From: Azolla caroliniana
Lineage: Eukaryota > Plantae > Polypodiophyta
Length of the DNA: 64,000 nucleotides
Reading direction: 5' to 3'
NCBI GenBank assembly: GCA_043228905.1
Contig: JBHGNT010000014.1
Location: 17,546,001 to 17,610,000 of the forward strand
Positions within the stretch are counted from its first letter, which is position 1; each line of letters begins with the position of its first letter. Of the stretch, positions 37,730-52,700 are shown in pieces. Made by a program: the position numbers and the translations under genes. Below the pieces are notes generated by a model that was given only the letters and a program-made list of their open reading frames with translations, was not told the DNA's origin and made no database searches.

Positions 37730-40700
37730 TCACCTAGAAAACACTTTCACTCCTCCCTTGTAAGTTTCTAGCACATTGACTTGAGCATTGGTCTTCAAGA
37801 GATCACCACTGAGTACAACAAAGTCTGCAAATTTCCCTGCTGTGATGGATCCAACATCATCATCCATGAAACTTGCATATGCAGCAGAGAGTGTATAACT
37901 GAGAAAACAAGTAAGAGAAGAATAAAACTTTGTAGGAAACAAAGTCTGATGATCTAGTTTTAGGAAATCTACAACATGTGTAGATATACACAAAAAAAGG
38001 GGGGGGGGTAGGAAGAGATGAACATAGGAAAACAAAGATTGCATACCCATTTAATGCAGATACAATATCAATACATTCAGACGGTATCCATGGAGTCTTC
38101 CAACCAGATGGTTTTCTATTTATTGCTGCGCGCATTCCTCCCAAGGGACTAAGAGGTGCTACCTGATCAAAATATATTATTGAACACAAAATGCATAACA
38201 ATTATATGTGAAGATATAAAAGAAGCTTTTAATATCATTACATCCAAAGGTATAAAAGCTGATTAACCAAAACAAAAAGAGACATAATACAAACTTACAG
38301 GCCAATCTGATCCAAATGCAAGTGTCACTCCAGCTGCCAACAATGACTTGAACAAGTATGATTCCGTCATGGCTCTTTCCTCTCCGAGTCTTCTTGAAGC
38401 GTAGGAAGCATCATCTAATAAATGCTCTGGCTACAGATTGCAGCAAACAACCTTGCTAATAACTTTCATTTATATGATAGAAATAATATCTTAAAATCTT
38501 CCAAAATAAAAGAGAATATGGTTCCTGATATTCTGAGAACATTACGCTCATCAGGATCTTTTACTAGTGATGAAACTTCAATTGTTTTAGACAGCCAAAC
38601 AGTGGAAAATACTTCTAATTGCATACAAAACATATTGATTATTCAATGCAACATTATATACATGAAATGCTCAACAATATGATTTATATCCTACAAAATA
38701 ATTGGTGGACTATGCTGCAAAATCATAACATTTTCCTTCTCGTTTTTTGCAACTTAGTAAAGGAATGCATATGCATTTGAGGCAGATGAAATGGAAATCA
38801 TATACAGTTATAGTTTGTGGAACAATTTACTTGCATTGAAGCGATTATACCCATTGATTGAAAGTGTCGCACAGCATTTTGAGATAGGTGTTGAGCATGC
38901 TCAATCTGTAACACAATAATGCATAAGCTCAAACTGCACATGTACACTAGCTGCACCCTGAATTGTTTGTTGATCCAACAAAATAAATCAAGGAACAGTG
39001 TTTAAATTATATGTTTGTTCAGAATCAAATGAAAGACTATACTTGTTTATAATCCCTAGCATAGTCATACCCTTAATCTTCTCTTTTTTTGACCATTTGT
39101 AGCATTCAATTCTTGGTAAATAGCCAATACTCTGTCATTAGCTGCATCTCCAATTGCATGAATAGCTATCTGCTTTAATTTACAATTTCAGTCATCTCAA
39201 CCAACATGGAGACATGGAATCATCTGAGAATGGAAAATCCCCTAACCTGTAATTTTCTGTTGTCTGCCTCAACAACTTCTTTCAAAATAGATGATTGACT
39301 GAATACTGCTAGCCCAGTATTGGTGGGATCATCATTGTATGGCTGTGAGTAAAGCCAACATTGAAATTTGGCAGTTATAGAACATTATAGAAACAAACAA
39401 ACAAACAAGGAAATATTAATGTCTTATAAGATGCTAAAACAGCTTAAATTCTATCCCAAAATGTTGTCTCATCTTAGGGAACAAAATAATAATAATCTCG
39501 AGAGGGGCTATATATTAAATGGAACAAATTACCTTCACCTTGAATCATCTTACATTTATTATCTTTATGCCCATCATTTCTTCCAAAAGCTCAGGAGACT
39601 TTTACGTTGTCATATTTTTCCTAGGATATTCTCATAAATTATTTGTGTAGCCAGGCTTCCATACACATGGTGTGATGAGAAAGTGTTGCTGTTGATGGTC
39701 ATTCTCATTTGAGCACCCACTCTCTTCTTAATTATTACAGCCAAAATAGGTAACATATAAACACTCTCCAGTAAAATACCCTTTTTGTGTTCACAATAAA
39801 TAATGTACATCATAAATTTAGATTTCAAGGATATCAGATACAGATGAAAAAATGAATGAGAACATAGAAAAATATTAAAAATTTGCTAATACACCAGTCT
39901 GTTAGATAAAGTAGAAAGTGAAAATAATAATATCAAGGTATGTAATTCCCCACAAATAATTTCACTAAGATGTTTGGAAAGTATGAAGCAAAAAAGAAAG
40001 AAAGAAAGATATATTAACATCGTTGAAAAGACCAAAATGGCCTATAAGACAACCAGAGATTACATCATTGTCTTGTCTTTGAGAACAAACAAAAAAAAAT
40101 GTAACTAAGTAAATAAAATAAACGTGATTAAAGAACCTCGTTATTGATACATGTAAGATTCTAAGGTTAGATTGAAATTTGTCTTTAAAAAATCTCTAGC
40201 ATAGGTAGATCCAAAAATGGAGAGATTTCTAATGTGAGAGAAGCAACTGTGATGGCAGGAGATAATGGCCTTTATCTATCAATGACAAGGGTGGTATGGA
40301 CATGGTCCACAAGGCCAGGGCCTTAGTGCACGACAAATAGCTATTGCCTGATCTATTGTAACCACTTCACAATGCCCTGCTCAAGAACCCACATATGTAG
40401 CCCTTGATTGAATTGTCACATGAGTAGGAGTGATGGGGCAAAAGAAAGTTGTGATTGTTCTTTGTTGATGAACTTGTGTGGTTGTATTGTTGTCCTTCAA
40501 CAACTTTTCCCCATATTTCTTGAGTTTTTGCAAGAACAACCCCAAACACCATTGGTCCTTATATTCTATTACCTTGCGTAGTGGGCCAAAAAAACCTTGG
40601 TTAAAAGACAATGGTATCTCCTTCTTACTTCATAAAAATCACTTCAATGACAGACACTGTTCTTCAGATTGTACTCCTTGATGACATATTGGCAAAAATG

Positions 40701-43700
40701 AAGAGGTCCACAGCTGCCCTATCACATTGCGCAGTACATAGGATAGATGTATGTCCATGTAAGAGGGCCTGATGCATCCATCCTCCGATTTGTGGTAATA
40801 AGTGTGGCTTATAGTTGGCCATGTTCCTACCAAGAGCTGTTGTGAGGCTGATCCATGTTTTTCAGTTATCGAAGTTGATATTATCAGTTCGGATCACTTT
40901 ATCTTTTTCCAATTTGCTTGTGTAGATGGGGAAATCCAAGCTATATTGGAAAGGGGATAGAGCATTTTTGCTTATGCCATGCAACTCAAATCATTGTTAC
41001 GTTTAAGCATACCAACAATGATTATCTCTGTCTTTAACAGGATGTTTTGATATAGATAATTGGGTGTGCTTTTCTCTAGATAGAGGCCATTATCTCTCAC
41101 CATCGAAGATGCTTCCATCACTTTGGAGACCCCGCCATTCTGGATCGACCTATGCTAGAGATCTTTCGAAGAAAAAAGTTATAATATATCTAACTTGAGA
41201 ATCTCCCATGTGCCAAAAACCAGATTCCCTCGTCTCTTTTTATCTTATTTACTTTTATATTTACTGAGTAATATTTATTTTATTTTGATTTCTTGTTCTG
41301 AAAGACAGAGAAACACTTAGATGTAATCGCTTGTTTGGTCTTATAGGCCATTTTGGCCTCTTAAAAGACATTTAATATATCTTTCTTTCTTTTTTTCTAG
41401 TCAAATGCTATCACTAACTATATAGATCTTTTTAACACACTAGTGCTTTTTCTCAATGGGATATGATCTATATACATGTCTATTTGTAGCTCAGACTAGT
41501 ACTTCTCCTTGATGGGATATATATCCCTAGCTAAAGCTACGATACACAACACTTATATGCTCCCCACCATTCACATGTTTTCGGTGAATGATACACAATA
41601 TTTTTAGAAACATAAATATTTTTACGTTTGACATTTGGACACTAAAATAGAGCAACACAAACATTAATCCTCGTTTCCCACTAGTTTGTCTTTTGGCATG
41701 ACCAAATAGACTCCCTAGTTTATGTCCCGTATCCGATCTTCAAAATGTTATTTGGTCGTTTTTTAGCAAAATGAAAAGTTTTCAATCTAGGGCAAACCTA
41801 CTTCACGCTTGGCCAACCTAAGGCCGTGAATTGACGGTGTTGCCCAATTCACACGACCCAGGCACAGACATTGGGAAAACAAAATTCTTTTGCTACGAGG
41901 ACATATATCATAGACTGTACGCACATATCTTGGTCTACCTTACATATAGTGATATCCTTTTCAAATTTGGCTAGTCCATCTTACATGTCCATTGTGAATG
42001 TAATACTCGACTTTTGCCCAACATGTTTTACAATGTTTTTGGTTAGAATTTGAGGTTACAATCACATGGTCTTAAACCATAGTCAAAGACAGGAACAAGC
42101 ATTTGGCTTATCTCGTTCATCTACATATAGGGTTCTTAATGTCCATATTATACATATAAAGAGAGACCGAATACATCATAATTTGTAGTCAATATGTGAC
42201 AAATAACCCATGTAACATTATACTCTAATGTTGTTTTCAAGCGAGTATTTCTTGCCAAATATATGCATGTATCCTTGCATTATATTATCGTGCAATTTGG
42301 GTCCCAATAGGGAAATTCAAGAGCCAAAACCACTTTTGTGGGCACAATGATTGCATTTCATTTGTGAAATTGCGTGTGCGAAGAATGTCTCTAAGTAGAA
42401 AACATGGTTGGGCCTCAGGGAGCCGCCATGAATGTTACGGGCATGACCATTTAATATCCCGTGGTGAGAATTTACCGTAGTATTCTATACACGTGGATAA
42501 GTGTGAGGGTTAAACGAGAGTGTATTCAACCCTGGACAGAAGGTATTTTTACGTGTACCTCACAATTCTAAGCCATTGTCTACGGGTAAGTGCGCTAAGT
42601 TAGCCCCACGGTTTTGTGGACCTTTTACAGTCCTCAAACGCATTGGGTCATCAGCCTATCGTCTTGCTCTTCCCGATGGTGTTGGAATTCATCCAGTCTT
42701 CCATGTGAGTCATCTAAAAGAACTTCTAGGTTCTGGCGACAATACAGTTACAACTGAAACTCTGGTTACTTCTAAAGAGTTATCTTCTAAACCACATGTA
42801 CCAGAAAGAATTCTCGATGTTAAAACAAAAAAATTACGTACTAAAGAAATCCGAGAATTTAAAATAAAATGGATGGATAAATCAATAAAAGATGCCACAT
42901 GGGAACGCGAAAATACTCTCAGAACTAATTTCCCTAACTTTCCATTGCAAGAGTACAATGTTTTAAAGAGGGGGAGTATGTTAAGGGCATGACCATTTAA
43001 TATCTCGTGGTGAGAATTTACCGTAGTATTCTATACACGTGGATAAGTGTGAGGGTTAAACGAGAGTGTAAAGAAAGGGAGGATTACTTTTAATCCTCGG
43101 GATTGAGACAACCCATTAGGTCAAGTGTGAACTTGCCTGGGGGCCTTGGGTATCGCTATAAATAAGAGGCCTAGCTACCCTCATTTGATGATTCTTTTGA
43201 CTACATCGAGACTCTGCTCTTGTGGTGGGTCAACTCTTGTAGCGAGCGCGCCAGCACCAGGTACGACTCGACGCCACGGCGGTGGTATGGGACGCCGATC
43301 GAGGCTCGAGTCCGTCTCGATCCCTTCGCTCGGGGGTGGTCGGGTGGATCGGCACCCTTCTTTCTCTTTCTCCTTTCTATCTATCATTTGTTTATCCTTA
43401 TCTTAAGCTTACTTTAGTACTTAGATCTCTAATAATGAACATTTGAAAGAGAGATAAGGTAAAGAAATTTTATGTCACCCCCATGGTTTTTAAAACACCT
43501 TAGTGTTACCACAATATCCTGATTCTCGAAACTTATCTCATGTCTACAGGGGGTATTGACATGACATAATATTTCAAATATTGTTTGCCAAGCAAAGTTT
43601 CAAACACTATCTTTTTCTATCAGAATTATTGTTTAAATTTCAACAATTTATAGGTAAACATGTCACAATGGCTCACATCAATGAATTGGTCATGAGATCC

Positions 43701-46700
43701 TCCTAACTAGAGATGATATAGGCTAGCATCTCTATTGTTGTTCCTGTAATGAAATATTCATATATACTTAGCTATGTCATATAGTTCACCTTGCTTACGT
43801 TTTCTACATTTTAAACATCTAATTGAACTCTTGGGTTTGACTTGCCTCTTATGTGGATAGTATCCACTTAGTAGGAAGATCGCATGGTGAACTATCGAAG
43901 GCCTTGAAGCCTTATAAGAGAGATAAGAATTGAAGAACTGAAGAACCAAAGAAGCTTTTAGCATTGGCTTTCTTGGATGTGAGTCTCATTTCGTGTATGA
44001 ACACACTACGGCCTAGGGTTTCTGCCTATATAAGGATGCTAGCTACCTTCTTATCAAAAGAAGCTTGACTTACGTTGAGACTATGACAGTGGCTATGACT
44101 CTTGTTCACTAAGCACATGCGATCTTCACAGGACCCAAGGTACGACTCGCATCAACCCTCGATGGTATGGGACATCGAGGATGTTCGGGTCCGTCTCACG
44201 CCATGGCTAGGGGGTGGTCGGGTGGTTTGGCCCCCCTCTTTCCTTTTTTTGTTCTATAATTCCTTATGTTGTGCTTAATTAATTAGTTAGACTCTAACAA
44301 TATGCCACCTTTTCCTCTCCCAAGAATAATTTTGGTTCTGATCTTGTTACCCATACTCGAGTGGTGTTAAACACCAACTTTAATTTTATCTACGTTTACT
44401 AACAAACCTGTGTCCATGCAAAATGATAGTTTTTAGATGTCTTTGTAGTCCTTCCAGAGAGTCATAGATCAGCACAATATCATTACCTCGTAGTGATACT
44501 TGTATGGCTATATCTGCTTAACATGCCCTCGGACTGATGAATCTCTATCTAATGAGATACCTCATCTAAATAGAGACAAAAGAGAATGGGTGATAGTGGG
44601 CATCCTTGTTTACTTCAATTATGCTTGCTGCAGCCTCCAACAGTCCATTGGGAGATCACAATATACGGATTCATATGGTGCATACATTCCCATTGCATAT
44701 CTATTGGGACACTAAGGGCTTCTAGCTGCTGCCTGAGCCTGCCTGAGCCAAGCACAGCAGTGTTGAAGGCTTTTTTGGAAATCCAAAAAGCAGCAATAAA
44801 TCCTCTTTTCATGGGCTCTTCCGTCTTCAATAATGCTTGGAGGGTCAATATGTAATCCAAAGTTGTGAACCCCTTTTGAAAGCCTGTCTGTCCAGCTGAA
44901 AGTCAGTCATTTCCTCTCTGCCCACACACTCAATTCTAACTTTAGGGTTGAACCATATACTTTAGCCAAGTAATGGCCAATCATTATTTGGTATCATATT
45001 TTCCCGATCTTGAAGATTGGCACATTGGTATGTTCTGTACAACTATTACAGAAATCTTCACATATAGCTCTATTAAAGATATGTGCTAGCAATGGGCGCA
45101 AGTCAACGGCATAGCTAAAATGCTCACATACAAATCCATCATGATCTTGGGCCTTCTCAAATTGTACCAATCAACGTTGTTTCTTACATTTTCTAGAGTA
45201 AAAAAGATGGATGCAAGTGGCCCTGAGCCATGTGGGTTGGGGAGTGGGAGCTGCCCAAGGATATCATAAAGTACATTTGCATATTCATGCCACACCTTCA
45301 ATTGCCTATAGGGAAGTGAAACAAACAAGTATGATTGATGAATGTAACTACATAATTATATGGGCAGAATAGTTATTATTTTCTCCCAGAAGTTTTTGCA
45401 TGGGGATAATCACATTTTTGTGATAACATTTATTCCGAAGCAAAAGGTCTGGAACTAACTCAAGTGGAGCACACTTTGCATATAGAATGTGAATAAGATT
45501 ATTTATGGTGGTCTGAATTAATTAATTTGTTGGAGATTTTATGACTTCTATGAATGTTTGGCCTTTATGTCTCTAGGAAGCATTTAACACCAGCTGATCT
45601 ATGATTCTAATCTATGCATTAGTTCCAAGTCTCTTACTTAATAAACTATTTCCAAGGTTTTAGCAGAGGAGAGTGCCAATTTTTTCACATGTAAATACCA
45701 TAGCAGCATTTTCTCGCTTAGGCCAATTATGGAACTTTTCTTAAAAAACTAATCAGGATAGAGACTCCTCACAAACTTTTATTCATGTGCCTACTCAATG
45801 GATCAGATACTGTTCCTGTTATTTCCTGTGTGAAAATTCATTTATTAAGCTTCTAATTTATTTGATGAAACATTATGGAGGAAATAACTTGTATGCTTTG
45901 TTGTCTGGGTTCTAGCTATAGGGAAGTTTCCAAGAGCACCTCATTAAAAAGAGCCGTCGAAGAGCCCAAAGATCCATCTGCAAATGTCTTTACACCACCA
46001 ATTCGCAGATTCTCACTTAATTTTTGGCCTTCTTTTGATAAATCCTGAGACACAACCAGATCAAGTTAAAAATGAACTTGGCAAATTTCACATTAAAACA
46101 TGTAATCCCTTGAGTCAAACTAAATTATGTATTCTCTAAAACTTATGCCATAGGATATTTGTTCAGTTTTTTCAGGCTTAGAGCTTCATTTTTCCACTTT
46201 TCAAAACTGGATTGTTATAAAACGCTTTTCTTTTCTTCAGTTGCAAGGTTTCCATGTTTTCTCAGCAGACACCCTCCCATACAGTCTACACAGTGCATTC
46301 TTAGTTGCAAGGTTTCCTAATTAGGTCTGGCCATCAAGATCCCAAAGCTTAAAGAATCAGGGATGCCTGATCTATCCAATTTGAAGCAATCCTACAAATT
46401 GGTATTACATTCCAACAAGAAATGATCAAGCTATACACTCCTTCCTACTTTAGAACATGCACTGGCCAATGGTTTCTCCTAAACTATTGGCAATGTAAGA
46501 ACTGTACAAAGCTATCTTTCCACTAAGGGCTTCAATGTAGTAGATGCAGTGCCAGATGAAATAGTATCATGCTAATATTTGCAACCATTTCAGCCAGAAC
46601 CCCATTTGAAATATCAACATTGCATTCATTATGCCATTTTCATTACTTCATCTTTGCCAGCAAGATTATAGATGTCTGCTGGCAGAAACTTGAATTACTA

Positions 46701-49700
46701 TGATACTATTTGAAATAGCACCACAGTAATATTCCAACAATCTCAATTAGAACCACGTTTTGGATGCTCACGGCCATTTAAAAAGTTGGCATCCCATTCA
46801 CTATAATGTCATATTCATTATATCTTCTCTACCAGCCAGATTATAGATATCGGCTGAAGGAATCTTGCATTAGACTCATGCTAATTCGTTGAGTGTACAC
46901 ATGAATGTTAAAGTTGTTGAAATTTTATCTTAATGTCATATAGATCAATAAACAGCCCCTGCAACAACCTCCCGAGAATTTTTGTGAAGGTACTTCCTTG
47001 CAAGTGCCGTTTGGACTATACAGAAGGTTCAAAATGCAGCCATGATTCATCAACCTTGCTTTACTATTTTATCCATGTCAAACTTTGATGTTCCTTTTGC
47101 AAAAGTGGTGGTCACGCAAGCAGGTAATTTTTCCACTATTGTCATTCTTATTTTAGACATCTTCATAAAGCCAATCCACCCGTTCGACACTATATTTTGA
47201 TGATTGAACATGGTTGTCATATTAGGCAGACAATATTGAATGTTTTTCTCCTACATGAAATGGGTACTCTGCTTTCTTCGTTCTTTAGGTTCTCTGCACT
47301 ATTTTGATCGCTTAGAAGATATTAATGCATCATGAAGTCTACCTTTATGCTGCCATATCTTTTAAGGGATCAAATATCATCCTACTGTCTCCATGACAGA
47401 AAAACGGCTCATCACTTTGGAAACATATTTTTTGCACACTTTTCATAATCACCAATCATTTTCACCCAACTTTTTGAAACAGCAAAACATGAGATCGGCT
47501 CTGTAAAGAAGAATGATAGCATGACTTACATACACATCCTGCCATGTTTGGAGGGGGAAATATACAGATACTCGTAAGAGAAGATTTCCTGTTTGATCTC
47601 CCCATTTATATATATCTGGTAGTCATGTAACAACCACATGTTTGAAACTTTCATAGTATTACTGAATATTTTTTCGTAAAAATGAATGAGTTGAAATTCT
47701 ATCACATATGAATGTAATGTCACAAATACAAATAAACTCTCTTCACTCCGTGGACCTCATTTAGTAATTGACTCTATCAAATGCTGAAGTAGAACATATA
47801 AACACAGTATGCAACTGCATTAATCAATTAGACCTCGTGCAAGAAATCTGATTCCATAGATACTGAATAAATTATTCAAGGACTTTTAACATGAATACCA
47901 TGAAAATCTTCCCAAACATGTGATGTTGGAGATCCTGGAAAATATCTTCCAAAATCAACAACAGAAGTAACCCCCTCAGATAGAGCCCGTTTGCTAGCTC
48001 TAGCAAGAGCATCCCTTCTCTCTTGGATTGTTTGTTCTGGAATGTGGTTTATGACAAGTTTCATTGCAGAATCTGCTAAAATGCCTGTTAGTCCTGTTTA
48101 AAATCATGCAGCTGGAAATCAGTCTATAAATTCTAGATATATAATATATTTTGATAATCTGGAGACAAATTTCATTAGATGGTAAACCCTAATGCAAGCA
48201 AAAAAATAGATGATTATGAGAGTTTTCTATAATATAGAGTATCTTCCTTAAACACTTTCTTTGAATCAAATATGACAATGAAAATGCAACTCTATATATG
48301 TCAAGCAATAGATTTTCATCATACATTAAATGCATATAAAGTCAAAATGCTAATGACGGGCACTCATGAACAATTAATTTCTATCCTAGTCATTGAACGG
48401 AACTGTTGCATCCAAAGATATATCTATCATACTCTAATATTTTTTTACACCAGTCCAGATAGAAACCTACTGCCATGTCCATCCCTAATCATGCACCCTC
48501 CTTCTGGATCATGAAAATCCTCAGTTATATGTGCCAAGCTCAAAGCTTTTGAATTCGCAAGTCCCATGTGACCATCTATACGATAAATCCACACCTGCAG
48601 AAGATAGGTACTATATAGATTTTTTTATTTTTTTATCTTTTTGTGGGATAGATATTTATGAGAATAGATTCTACAAAATAGCAAGCTGTTTATTTCGAAA
48701 AAGCTTCCTTTTGAGACTCTTACTGGATTGTCTTTGGTAAAATCATCAATCCAAGAGGCAGATGGCAGCTCTCCTCCCCACTTTTCGTTATTCCAACCAC
48801 CACCTAAAAGCCACTGTCCATCTTTTGCCTCTGCAACCATTACTAAGAGGTGTGAGATAGTGCAATACTTATGAGGATTTGAGAGGAAGTTTGACAAATA
48901 AAAACTTGATCGCCATGAAAAATACCAATGTTTGTCATATCATTCTTGAATAACCAATATTTCACTGCAGGTTATCTGGAATGCAACAATGTGAAGGCAA
49001 CCTGATAGGCTCATCTGGGAGGCTATATAATGTAGTGAAAGTGTCCAGAATTAGCAATAATCCGTTAATGTGATGTATCTTTTAGGTGGAACATAACCAG
49101 ACTTAATATAATTTCTATGCCCAATTTATAGGAGATTATCACACTACTTGGTGTAAGACATCATTCTCTCTTCCGATACAAGTTTTTGAAAACAGTATGC
49201 ATATGCAAAAATATCTTACGCAACATCCATGCATAATGCCAATCAGAGGCACATTCTCATTCTCACTGCATCTGTTCTGTTCATAGCTAAAGCGCGCAGC
49301 GCTTCTGCATTTCCCCCACCCACATGCCTTTACATCATGGTCTGGTGGTGAAATCTCACTTAAGAGTATCATTTGGGTTGACCATTTCTACTGCCTCTGA
49401 ACCATGCTCAAGCACCATGTCCAGCAGCTCAGAGGAGTTTGGACCTTGAATATCCATAATTGGTACTTCGTGTTATCGAACTTTCCATTGTTGAAGACAG
49501 TGACCACACCCTCATTCAGTTCTATACACTTGTCAACGCATTAGCCTCCAACTTTATCATTTTATTACTTCTTGCCTCAGACTACCTCTTCACAAATGAC
49601 AACTTTCCATCTCTACCTGGTCTTTCTCTAGCTCGTTCACACAGCCACTCCCTAGATAAACCTCCAGTCATTGTCAAACTTCCTTTCAGAACCTAGTTCC

Positions 49701-52700
49701 CTAATATAATCAACAAAAGTTTCACCCACGATCCATTGAACATGGAGACAATACAATGGAGAACATAATTATGCTCTAGGGTGATCTCATAGAGAAAAAA
49801 CAGAAAGAAATATATATTAACATCTTCCAAGAGAGCAAAATGGCTAATAAGATGAAGAAGAGACTACATCTTAAAATGTCGTCTCATCTTTGAGAACAAC
49901 AAACCAAAAATATATAAAATAAACATAGGGTAATAAAGAATCTAGTTTTCTAAGCACTTAAGATTGTGCAATTAGATGGATTGAAACTACTTCTGCCTTC
50001 AAAAAAGTCTCCATAATGAGCTGCTCCAATATGGAGAAATCTCTGAAGCAAAGGAAGCATTTTTGGTGTAGAGTGGCAATGGCCTTTATTTGTCAATTAA
50101 AAGGATGACAAAGTTATAGTCCAAACGCTCATGGCCTATGTGCACAACACATTGCTATTGCCCAATCACCTGTAACCCCATTCAAATGTCTTGGTTCAAG
50201 AACCCACTAGTGTAGCCACACAAAGAAAGAAAGATATATTAATGTCTTTTAAGAGGCCAAAATGGCCTATAAGACCACCTGCGATGGCGGGAGATAATGG
50301 CCTTTACCTATCAATGACAAGGGTGCTAAGTTCGTGGTTGAGGCTAAAGAAAGTTGTGATTGTTCTTTGTGGATGAGCATGTGTGGCTGTAGTATTGTCC
50401 TTCAACAACTTTTCCCTATGTCTCTTGAGTGCTAGCAAGAAAAGTCCTAGGCACCGTTGGTCCTCATATTCCATTACCTTCCATAGTGGGCCAAATCCTT
50501 GTTTAAAAAGGCAATGGTATCTTCCTTCGATTTCATAAAAGAAACTACAATGACAAAAATAATGTTCTTCGGATTCCACTCCTTGATGACACAATTGGCA
50601 AAATTCTTTTTCTTTTTTCTAGAGGTATTCTTGTATATCTGCCTACCTCGATCTCTAACTGATGTGATGAAGTTTGCAACTGCCCTATCACACTGCGCAG
50701 CACATAGGATAGATGTATGTCCATATAAAGTGGCCTGATGATGAATCCATACTCCAATGTGTGTAAAAAGTGTGCCTTGTAGTGGGCCATCTACATACCA
50801 AGTGGTATTTTGGGGCTGATCCATGTTATCTCACTTTCCAAGTTAATAATATCCGTTCAGATAACTCTATTCTTTTCCACTTTGGTCATATTTAGATGGG
50901 GAGAGTATATTGGAATGGGGGTAGTGCAATTATACTTATGCCATGTGACTCGAACCATTGTTGCATTTCAAAATACCAACAATGAATGTCTCCATTTTCG
51001 GCCAGTTGTCTTGATGACATAAATGCCAACCTTGGGTACCTTCGTTTAGGGAGCTCCCAAAGACGTTGGATACAGGTCATTGATTGGAACAATGCCTCGG
51101 TGATTATAGGGGTTGCTCCCATCTTTGCCCAGATTATATCATAGGGCACTAATGCTTTGCTCTTTATCATGCAGGCAATCATTGACAGTAAAGGTCTCTC
51201 TTAATCTTTCCCAATGATTTACCTTGTTAAAACTCGGTTCCCATGTTTCTAGAAGAGTTGGTGTGACAAGTGTATCAAATAGCCACAACTTAGTTTGTGG
51301 CTCTTAGAACTGCAAATGTGCACATTGTATTTCCTAAGAACCAAGGGCTGCATATCCACAAGAAAGTCGGACACAAGCAGCCTCACGTAAGGAGAACCTA
51401 GGCCTTGTAAACGTTATTCCCAAGTATGTGTAAGAGCGTGTGTATTCCACCTTTTCCTATCCCAAGAAGAATTCTGGTTCTAATCTTGTTACCCATGCTT
51501 GAGTGGTGTTGAACACCATCACTTTAGTTTTATCCATGTTTATTGACAAACCTTCGTCCGTATAAAATAGTTTTAAGGCATTTAGATATCTTTGTAGTCC
51601 CTCCCGAGAGTCAGAAATCAGCACAATATCATCAGCATATAGTAATATTTGTATAGCTATACCTGTTAGGCATGCTCCCGAACCCCCAAATCTCTCTCTT
51701 CGTAGGTGCTTCCCTCGCTTCGGAGACATTTCCATTCTGGATCAACCTATGATAGAGATCTTTCAGAGACAAAAGCTACAATATACCTAACTTGAGAATC
51801 TCGCATGTGCCAAAAACCAGATTCTCTCGTCTCTTTTCTTTTCATCTTATTTACTTTTATATTTACTGTGTAATATTTACTTTATTTTGATTTGTTCTCA
51901 AAGACGAGAAAACATTTAAGATGTAATCTCTTATTCGGTCTTATAGGCCATTTTGGCCTCTTAAAAGACGTTAATATATCTTTCTTTCTTTCTTTCTCTG
52001 TAGTGTGATACATCATCTATATAGAGACCGAAAAGAGTGGGAGATAGTAGGCATCCTTGCTTCACTCCGATTGTGCTAGCCACCACCTCTAACAAACCCT
52101 TGGAAGACCACACTTTTCTTGACACAGATTCATAGAGTGCATAGATTCCCCATCGCATATATGTAGGAACACCAAGGGCTTCTAGCCCTTGCATAAGCCG
52201 CCCATGTGGCACAATGTAAAGGCTTTTCGAAAATCCACAAAGCAGCAATAAATCCTCTTATTATGGGCTCTGCCTTCCTTGATAAGGGCTTGGAGGGTCA
52301 TTATGTGATTCAAAGTTGTGAACCCCTTCCAAAAGCCTGCCTGTCCGGCTGAACAGCAACCATTCCGCATTGCCCATATACTCAATTGTGATTCTAGAAT
52401 CAAGCCATATAGACTAGCCAAGTAATGGCCAATCATAATTGTCCTATAGTTGTTTGGCATCATGGGGTCTCCACTCTTGAGGATTGGCACAATGGTAGGC
52501 TGACTCCATCTACTAGGGAAACCTTCACACATGGTTCTATTAAAGATGTGTGCTAGCAATGGGAGCAAAGTGTCACAAGCATAGATAAAGTGCTCACCAA
52601 CAAATACATCATGATCCTCGGCCTTCCCAAATTGTAACCGATCAATGGCATTCCTTAGATTTTATGGAATAAAAAAGGTGGATTCATGTGGGTGTGAGCC

